DNA of 59,523 nt, filler included, from Platydemus manokwari (Eukaryota), in assembly GCA_037951405.1 (NCBI GenBank). It is 5 parts of 5 records of this genome, joined end to end, with 100 filler letters (N's around TTAATTAATTAA, not from the genome) between each part and the next. Parts side by side here need not be neighbours in the genome. Positions count along the whole stretch, not along the records: positions 45,722 to 59,523 come from JBBMOY011619183.1; 4 more parts are not named here. One strand, written 5' to 3'. Positions 50,501 through 59,523 of the stretch are shown in pieces; position 1 is the first letter of the stretch; every line of letters begins with the position of its first letter. A model generated the notes under the pieces. That model was not told where the DNA came from, made no database searches, and saw only the letters and a list, made by a program, of their open reading frames with translations. The translations under genes and the position numbers were made by a program.

Positions 50501-53500
50501 CAGATAAAAAATCTGGAAACCGTAATGGCATAAAATTGCCTTGATTTTGTGAAAGAAAGGCAGCCGGAGAATTTCGAAAAGGAAAAGCTTGTGATGATAA
50601 AATTATTTCATTGTGATCCTTCTTGAAATCATGCTGTAATTGTGGCTTGACTTTGCAAACATTTGGAATAGGTGCTGATGGACTTGCATCATTGTTTTCA
50701 ATAATTCTCGCATTAGAAACATCTTGATTAATTGATACAGTAGCAGTATGAATATTCAAATCCTTATTAATCGATGACGAAGGTGTGACTTTAGACTCCA
50801 TAACAATTGTAGATGTTGGTTGATTATCCCAAATGGTTTTCACAGAGCTAATTTTGTCATTTAATAATTTTTGGTCATTGTTTTGTACATTGCGATCGGT
50901 AGTTAACAAATTTCTGTGATTTTTGTCAGGGTTGATATTTTTAACATCATATTCAAAATTAATATTATCGTGAATAGCAATTTCAGATGGTTGTGCTTCA
51001 ATTGTCTTTTCTATCTAAAAATGAAAACAATAACGCTTAATAATGAATCAAATGATAAAAATGTTTATCTAACCACAGAATCATCAAATACAAAATATGA
51101 GAAATTTAATATTTATTACTTGATTTGATTTTTAAGTCGCTAAAATTACAATTTTGGCTCGGATAATACACTAAAATCCAATGATAAAAAATTATTTTAG
51201 AGTCATATTTGGTGAATAATAATTATTTTTAGACAGAGAAACGTGAAAATTGCCGTTCAAAAACTGATTTAATTGAATGATTAATCACTTCAAATCATAA
51301 AATATGAATATTCTCTTTGAAATCGTAGAAGGAAATTGAAATAACTACATGATTGTTAGAAAAACAATGTTTCGTTGCTACTGTTATGAAGCAATAAAAA
51401 TTAATTGCTGATATAATACCAAAAATAAATCATGAATAGAATAAATATATTAAAATAATAGAATTAAAAATGCTTCCGGAAAAGACTTATCAGAAATCAA
51501 TTGCGGACAACATTTCATAGAATTGAATATTTTCAGTTTTTAGATAATCGAATAAAAATTAGTAAATTAAGAACACCAATATTTTAATTAGCTACAAAAG
51601 AAATTGTTGCCAAATAATTAGAGAAAACATTATTTCCAAAAACAAGAAAAATTATGTGATATGATTTATTAAGCACATTTTAACTTCAGATTTTCCTTTT
51701 CTAACAGAATCAAGAGTTCCTATTAATAATTGAAATAACTAAAACCATATGAATAAAAAATTGATTTTTTAAAAATTATTGCAAAATACAGTTAGAAAAC
51801 AGCTATTATTTAACGCCTTTTACAGAGATAAAAAATTGTAATAATAAACTTATTAAGTGTCATCAATCGAAAACATCTTTGTTTCAGGTAAGAGATATAT
51901 AAAAGAATACTTCTGTATATATAGTCACCTCGTGTCTCCCGGATAAAATAAATGGCACTTATTCAATAATCTTAAAATCATTACATTTTGATCATTGTAA
52001 ACTTTTTTAGTACAATTTAACTAAGCCTAAATATTTAAAGATTATTTTATTGAACAAAAACATATCAGTCAAATACAAACCAATATCAACGCATTTATAT
52101 AAACATAATGTTGGCAAGTAATTACAGCTAAATTTAACACAAAACTTAATATCTGGTCAATTTGCAATACTCAAAGATTAAAATGCGTAAATGAAATAAA
52201 TTTCACAGGCTTTATTTCTACATCACGTGATTAAACGTTAGTTACTTGGTGAATATATATGTATTGTATAGATCTGTTGAAATTGTTAGTGAGTATGATC
52301 ATAATTTTATGAGAATATTAGTATCCTCGTGATCAATTAATGTTTAATAATTCAATCACATTATGATAAGATTCGTAACAATTATCAAAATAAAATATTA
52401 ATGAATTTATAATCTGATGTAAAATCAATAATACCTTATTTTCTTCACTTGACCTTGCTGAAGGATTGTAAATGGAATTGTTATATGAATAAGACATAGT
52501 AGTATTGAAATTAACATCCGAATTATCGGAAGAGACAATAAATGGCTGTGATAATTGTTCAATATCAGTTGATAAATTTGTAGAATCTTTAGCTAATGAA
52601 TGTTGACAAATATTTATTGACGGATTTGTTTCGAATGATCCTTTAACTTTCTTGTTCCATGGTACAGTTGATGCAGCAGGAGTTCCAATAGGTTTTGGCG
52701 GAACTAATAAGGGAATAAATAGACATTTCGAACAAAATTAAAATACTTTTTTTCTCTGAACTAATCTCATCTGCTAAGCTATTATCCCATGAGCCGATAT
52801 GCATAGATACCTTATTACTGTCCCATTTCTTGAAACTATTGTTTGATGAATTCTCCTTTTCTCGTAGATTGGGTAAAGTTTTAGTTTCATACTTATGAGC
52901 AGACCCAGGTTCACATTTATTAGGTCTTGCCAACTGTTCTCTTTTATTCACTTGTTTCCTTGTCTGATTATTATCAGACTTTGATTTGAATTTTAATGCT
53001 TCAAGTCTTTTTTGCTCTAATCTAATTTCTTCCTTTAGACGCTTTTGTTCCTCTAGTTTTCTACTCTTTTTTGTTGCCTTTGAAAGAACCTCCTGAAATT
53101 GAGATTCTCCATTGTCATATAAAAAATCTTGCTCCTCCATAATTTCCGGAAATTTTTCTGTGCTAATTGATGTCGTTGCATTAGTCAATTCAGAACTTCG
53201 TTGAGACGAATCAGTTGATTTAGATTCATTGTTAAATTTAGAACTATCCTTGTAGCTATTATTATTATTCGAGCAATTTTTAGATGTTGAATCAGAATTA
53301 CGATTATCATTATTAGAATTTTTGTCCATACTCTTATTTTGTGTCGTATCAACTGATCGATTTTGAGAAACGTTTGAACGAGTATTTGTAGAATAGTAAC
53401 GAGCTCCCCCGGAAGAACCCGAAGCACCACCATTACCATCTTGATTTCCATTGTTATCGTTAAAAGAATTACTATTGCCATTACAGGAAAAGTCTATTAT

Positions 53501-56500
53501 TAATAAATTAAATAATTACTATTTATGAAATACAAGAAAAATGATAATATGCTCTCATTAATGCTAAAACAATTTCCATAAAATAAACAAAAATTGGAGA
53601 AAATATGTAATGAAACAATCGAAAAAACATTTTAATAATTAACAATCTGAAATCTATACAATATTTGAAAGGAAACTAACTCGATCCGGCCTTATTTATT
53701 GCAACTTTGCGAGTTTCACTCGTATTTGCCTGAATCGGCTTGCTATTATCACCAGTATTAATTTGAGAATTACTTTGTCGAGTATGTGATTTATGAAATT
53801 CTTTTGGAGCACTATTACTCCGTATACTACCACCTTCAGATGCTGTCTCCCATTCATCTTGATCATTATCGTTGTTGTTGTCTTTCGAAGCTTAATGATT
53901 AAAAATAAAATTCGAATATTATGTAACAAATTTGAATATTTCCAAAAAAATCAACAAGCAAATAGAGACCAAAACTCAAAAAAAAATATAAAATAAATAT
54001 GTACATACCATACGCAAACTGTCCACCAGGACGATACGTTAAAACGAGAGAAATATTATCTGAACATGGATATAGAAAGAATAAGTTATTCCAAATTCAC
54101 TAATATCACAAACTTTTACTCATTCATATCTTATTGCTTAATGTTTCATTTGTCAGAATTAAAATCTAACAAATCATAACTATTTAAAGACCAACAACAG
54201 AAATGTTGTGAAAGATGATAATGAGATTGATACACCTAACATTGAATCGAAGATAACATTAAGTCAAGAAATAAAAATTAAATTATATGAAATGTGATGA
54301 AACAAATCGAAAAGTTCTTGCTAATTCTCACATTACATTGTATTTAATTCTTTATAATTACATCACTTTCCCATACCAAAGCTATTTTTCTTCAACCTTA
54401 TTGTGAGTGATGGTTCGACATGTTGAAATAAGTTGTATTACACATTCATGTGCAATAAATAATTCATAAATAATAATTCATAAATAATGGCTGTGTAAAA
54501 CAGTTAAATCATTTATATTTCAGCAATATCTAATATGTCAAAAATAATCAAACAAATTTATTACAATCCTATAATAATAATAATAATGGCGAGAATAATT
54601 TGAAATGTTGACAATTATAAAAGCTAAAACTTCAACAATAATCATATATTCAGTCATTGACAACATCATTATATTTATGCAAAAATAAACTCACTGGAAA
54701 ACTGCCTTTTATCAGATTTTCGATTACTACGATTAGAAGAATTTTTATTTGATGAAGTATTATCAGCATTTGTTCGTGTATTAGATGATTTATCATCTTT
54801 ACCACTTCTCCATCCATCTGAGGATGTTGCATTTTTGGCATTTCTTTTACTGGGATATTTATTTGAAGAATAAGCCTCTTTCTCATACGGATAATAATCT
54901 TGTCCGTAATAATTAGAATCTGGATAATAGTTATCATTATCATATTCCATATATTTACAATTGGCTCCATTATTAGGTCCATAATTATTATAATATTTAT
55001 AATCTGTATAATATCGACGATTATAACTGGCATAATAATTCTTTCTACTCTCCTTCGGATTGACAGCAAAGCCCATACTATATTCTTGTGGAGAATCATT
55101 CGACTTTTCTTTATAACTCCAATTATCAACTTTTTTCGTTTGATATAACGATTTAGACAATTTCGAATTTTTTTTATTATCTTTATCTTTGGGTGGTTTT
55201 TTATCGGCAGCTTCTGTGACATCGCTATTATCTGGAGGCCAATAATCTTGAGATTCAGTTGGGAATTTTTTATTGGATAAATTATCTCTCTCAACTGTCC
55301 CATGATCAACATTGGTGGAACCTAATAATATGGGCCATTTAATAAATGTGAAAATATTTACAAATATTAATATATTCGATTATTATTATTAGAGTTATTA
55401 GTATAACCAATATAATGAAAAACCTGATGATTTCATTTCCTTAGATTTCGATGATTTTGTTTTGAGAGAATTCGATTTATATTGATAATCATTGGAAAAA
55501 TTATCTCTTGATTGGCTTGAATATGGATCGGTACCATAATGATTATATACCTGACCACGATTATATCCACGATTACTAACTTTATAATCTCTGGAATAAT
55601 GTTGTTTATATGTATTATAATCATCTTTATAAGCTAATTCATCATTGTTTTCGGGATAATAATCTCTTTCTGTTGTCCCCGTATTGGAATTATAATCACC
55701 TTTGTAAGCCATTTTATTTGGTCGATATTCCTTGAAATTTTTCCCTTTATTTCCTCCTTTCTTCGATGAATCATATTTAACTATTTCTTCATCGTATGAA
55801 TAATTCGATTCTATTAATGAATATATTTTCATATAAAAGTACAAATAAATGTGTCAACTATACTTGATTTCCTTTGCAAATCTCTATCCCCATTATCAAT
55901 GTCTTTAGAAACATTAGCATTTACTTTCTCAACGATATTCGTATGATCTTTATCAATATGCCCATGACTTAATGATGACACGTGAGATTGTGGTCTCTCG
56001 AGCTCAATTTGAGAAGATTCATTGACGTTTTTCATTTCATTATTTTCTTGACCAATTTGTGCTGAAGCTTGTTGATTAATAACTTCAGATGGTGCGATAT
56101 TATCAACACCGATTTCGCTATTTGATTGTAATTTAAGAAATTCATAAAATTTCTCCATCAATTTCGGATCAAAATTGGCATCCATTGGCATAGATGGAAA
56201 GGAAACAAGATTATATGGTTGTGTAAAACGTATTATTGATTGAGGAGCCATTGGTGGTGAAATGACAGATAAATTATGATGATGCATCATTGGTGATATT
56301 TGTGGTTGCAAATGTGGCTTGTGAAGATGATGAATCAATGGTGGACCACCAGGAGGTCCCATTTCTATTGGTGTATCTAATAAATTATTTATCAATAACT
56401 TTGAAATATTCACAAAAATTTTCATGTAGCAATTTTATTATTTTGATCATATTCGTTATGAAAAATAGTAGCAGTATTCATTGGTAGCATATTGATTCCA

Positions 56501-59214
56501 TACGTTAATTTTATCCAAATATTATATCAACCACATTTACTAAATGAGAAAAGTTGATGAAGAATAACATTGGATTATTTATCTATCAGTTGAAATGGTA
56601 TAAATATAAATAAAGAATGGTTAATAGAATGAATACATCAGTAAATATTTATATAATAAATTTCATCAAAGCAAACTCTTACAAAGAAAAATAGTGAATA
56701 ATAATAAAAACAAAGACACTGATGTTCATTCATTTATAGAAGAAAATAAAAATAAACATAGAAATGTCTTTATAAACAAGTATTGAGGATAACTTTAAAT
56801 TGTGTTTATTTTATTTTTAACCAATTAATTATCATATCATCTAATTGATTTTGATCAAAAATGGCTTAGCTGGCAAAATCAATACAATGGACAGAAGAGA
56901 ATATTTTATTGCTTATATCAGGTTTTATTACCAGATTTACCAAATGATTTGAAAAATTACACACATAAAACATCATCTTATCAGTTATTATGTGCTTTGA
57001 AAATCGAATTGATATCAAATCGAGTTTGGAAGATGAAAAATTCAATTAATTTTGATGGGATCAAAACTGTAATTATGGCACAGATAATAAGCTACCAAAT
57101 CAAATAATTATTACTAAATCTTATAAAAATAAACGATTTACAAAAAACGAATTAAAAAATGAATTCGATAAATGTTATTTCCATCATATTCTGGAATAAT
57201 AATATATAAATAATATTAAAAACAACCCCTCACAAATATATCTCCGGGTGTTAAATTCCACTACTAAATAAACATTCATATAATATCAAGCTATTAATAA
57301 TAACAAATAATCAATAATTGTTGTAATGTTTGTTTAAATATCAGAGAATAAATAACGGTAGATTGGCATTTGGTGTATAATGATAATAATAATAATATTA
57401 ATAATAAATGAGATAATGAAGTCTAATATCAACAGTTTACACAATAAATGAAAACAAATCAAATCAATGAAGGAATGTGAAAAGCAAATATATGATCAAA
57501 TAATGATATTTATGAAATCAATGTCATCAATAACATATGAGAAATGATTATTTTCAATTCAAATCGAATGCTGACGTAATAATGATGGAAAATATAGAAT
57601 TAATCAATGTTTATCACATATCAAACATGGTGCACAATCAACGAATAAATTGAATCATTTTCAACAAACACACACACACTCAATCACTCACATACACACA
57701 AACACAACCAATCACATTCATTTTCAATAAATACATTTTCAAATATCACTTTTTGTTTTGAGATCTCAACAAATACAAGCAATTATTATTCTTGACAAAT
57801 AATCTTTAATCAAACATTTCATCACAGACAAACACAGACATGCTTAATGAGATCATTTTCCCCCAAAATCCAATTATCAAAACATACTCATAGATTCCGC
57901 CGTATCACTGGTCATTGAAGTATGTCTCGAACGCATTAAAGCTTGATCCATTTGATTATGTTCATCATTTATTCCACAAGATCCCCGACTGGATTGGGTG
58001 GCGAATTTCTTCTGTCTTGCTCGTTCAATGGCAATCACATATTCCAGATTGCGTGCATTTCTTTGTTCGGCAACCGAACTGAGAAATGCCACTTGTTCAT
58101 CACCGATATTAGCAGCAATTGTGCCCGGTGTGTTGCGATTGATCAGATTCTGTGCAAACTGTGGATCTATATCAATATATTTGCTATCTCAAAACCCAAT
58201 ACAATAAAATAACGCATTCGTTTTTACTCGCCATGAATTGCCCTTGCACATTGACTGGCATTTGCATTTGTTGGAATTGCTGGAATCGGATGGCTTGATT
58301 TTGATCATGCCAAACGTCACTGATAATTGGTGGATTGTCGACGGATTCCCGTGGTTGACAACGTTCCGATTTGCTACCATCATCATTGTCCGATTGCCAG
58401 TTTTGTATTTCATTTGACGAATCTTCATCGCTGAATATAATCTTCTCGTCAAAATTAGGTTCTTCATCTTCAGCAGCCCAACCAGTGGCCGCAATATCAC
58501 CTTTGGAACTTTTACTGATACTCAACGCATCGATCCTATTCAATGTCGAAACACTGATGTTCGTATCACGATTCTTTAGGAAATAAAAATCATACTCACG
58601 TTTGAAATTTCTGACAATTATATCATATTACTTACTCGAAAATCATCAATTTTCGATTTGGATTCAGTTTCCTTACTTTTTATAGTATTTTTTGGATTAT
58701 TAACATCTTGCGACAATTCTTGACTACCATCCGATTGCAATGACGGAAATTCTTGACCCATCAAAAAGAACGCTGTGTTATAATTTTTAATTCAAAAAAA
58801 CGTAATTATAAATTAATAATACGTTTATTAGCTGTAATTTTTGAATTCCACTGACTCTTGTCGACGCCAATTTTACTGGTTAAGCTTTGAGATTTAAAAC
58901 TATTTGAATCACTATTATCTTGAGATACTGAATTAACCCATCCAGGAGTAGATTGGTTAATTATCTGACGACTGTCGGAAACACCTGTTTCAGCTTTTAA
59001 TGAAGGTACCCACCTAGGTGGAGGTACCCTTCTCATACTTGAAACTTTTCCTATGTTTTGCATACCGCTCAATTTATAACCTAATTGACACAATAACTAT
59101 AGTGTAGAGATATATCAATTTACTAGATCTGTTTTGTGGTTCAACTGCTTTACCCCTGAATACATTGTTAATATTTAATGGTGCATATTTTTTATTTTTA
59201 TCATTTCGATTCAT
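47516..59214 (-). CDS. PRRC2: PRRC2/BAT2-family (Drosophila nocte-like) RNA-binding protein, multi-exon
   Basis: ATG 59214; exons 59214-59124, 59080-58823, 58772-58636, 58573-... give the BAT2_N motifs KYAPLNINNVFRGKAVE, GMQNIGKV..RRVPPP..PSLKAE, QEFPSLQ and GWAAEDEEPNFDEKIIFSDED. Downstream conserved blocks are FQEVLSK..K.RKLEE, KISSVKTIWDN and NVCKVKPQ. Not all internal exons were resolved, and the 3' exons (49449-47516) are assigned by strand and continuity. Confidence 0.9.
57660..57715 (+). repeat. Imperfect (CA)n tract in a PRRC2 intron
   Basis: ACACACACACACTCAATCACTCACATACACACAAACAC. Confidence 0.7.
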
Positions 59215-59523
59215 TATTAACTAAATGAAAATTACAAATTAAATTCTAAAAATAAAAAACAAATTAAATATTAACAAATATAATGATATAAAATATAAGC
59301 AGTTAATAATTTAAAAAATTATATCTTAGATACAATGGAGAAACGAAACTAAAAATATTGAAATTATATCGTAAACATTAGTCAATAAAACAAAATATTT
59401 AGAAATAAATCTTAAAAGAGGATATTTTCATTACTATTAAATCAAATTTATTTTCAGCTTTAATTTTCTATTACAAAGTATTTGTGATTGCTACTTTCTG
59501 TTCTATTTAAAAATTTTGAATAA

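Noticed and set aside
54650-55312. Long overlapping Ile-rich ORF (220 aa) and similar alternative-frame ORFs at 48873, 53185, 55433 and 54900
   Set aside because: Shadow frames of Asn/Asp/Tyr-rich (NAT codon) PRRC2 exons; no independent evidence of dual coding.
1-59523. tRNA, rRNA, snRNA or spliced-leader RNA genes
   Set aside because: None recognised by eye; Infernal and tRNAscan-SE would be needed to exclude them.

Overview
AT-rich eukaryotic genomic DNA with very short GT-AG introns (43-61 nt), consistent with an invertebrate; a triclad flatworm (planarian) is my inference. The window is five separate scaffold pieces joined by an artificial 100-nt linker (44N-TTAATTAATTAA-44N), so adjacency across linkers is not biological. 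Host genes: part of a giant nesprin-1/MSP-300-like spectrin-repeat gene (+, 11553-24742) with a 7,967-nt exon holding a ~397-aa internal duplication; a multi-exon PRRC2/BAT2 (nocte)-like gene (-, 47516-59214); a secreted C-type-lectin + PAN/Apple gene; and small spliced secreted-peptide genes that the ORF track misses (8-Cys peptide, prohormone-like precursor, 10-Cys exon). Mobile-element relics: Ty3/gypsy, Polinton/Maverick and mariner. The most notable signal is a non-coding miniature LTR retrotransposon (TRIM) family with ~115-bp LTRs, a TGG(C/T)GACCA primer-binding site, a 160-250-bp purine-rich interior and a polypurine tract. It occurs at four loci on three different scaffold pieces and includes a tandem-array form.
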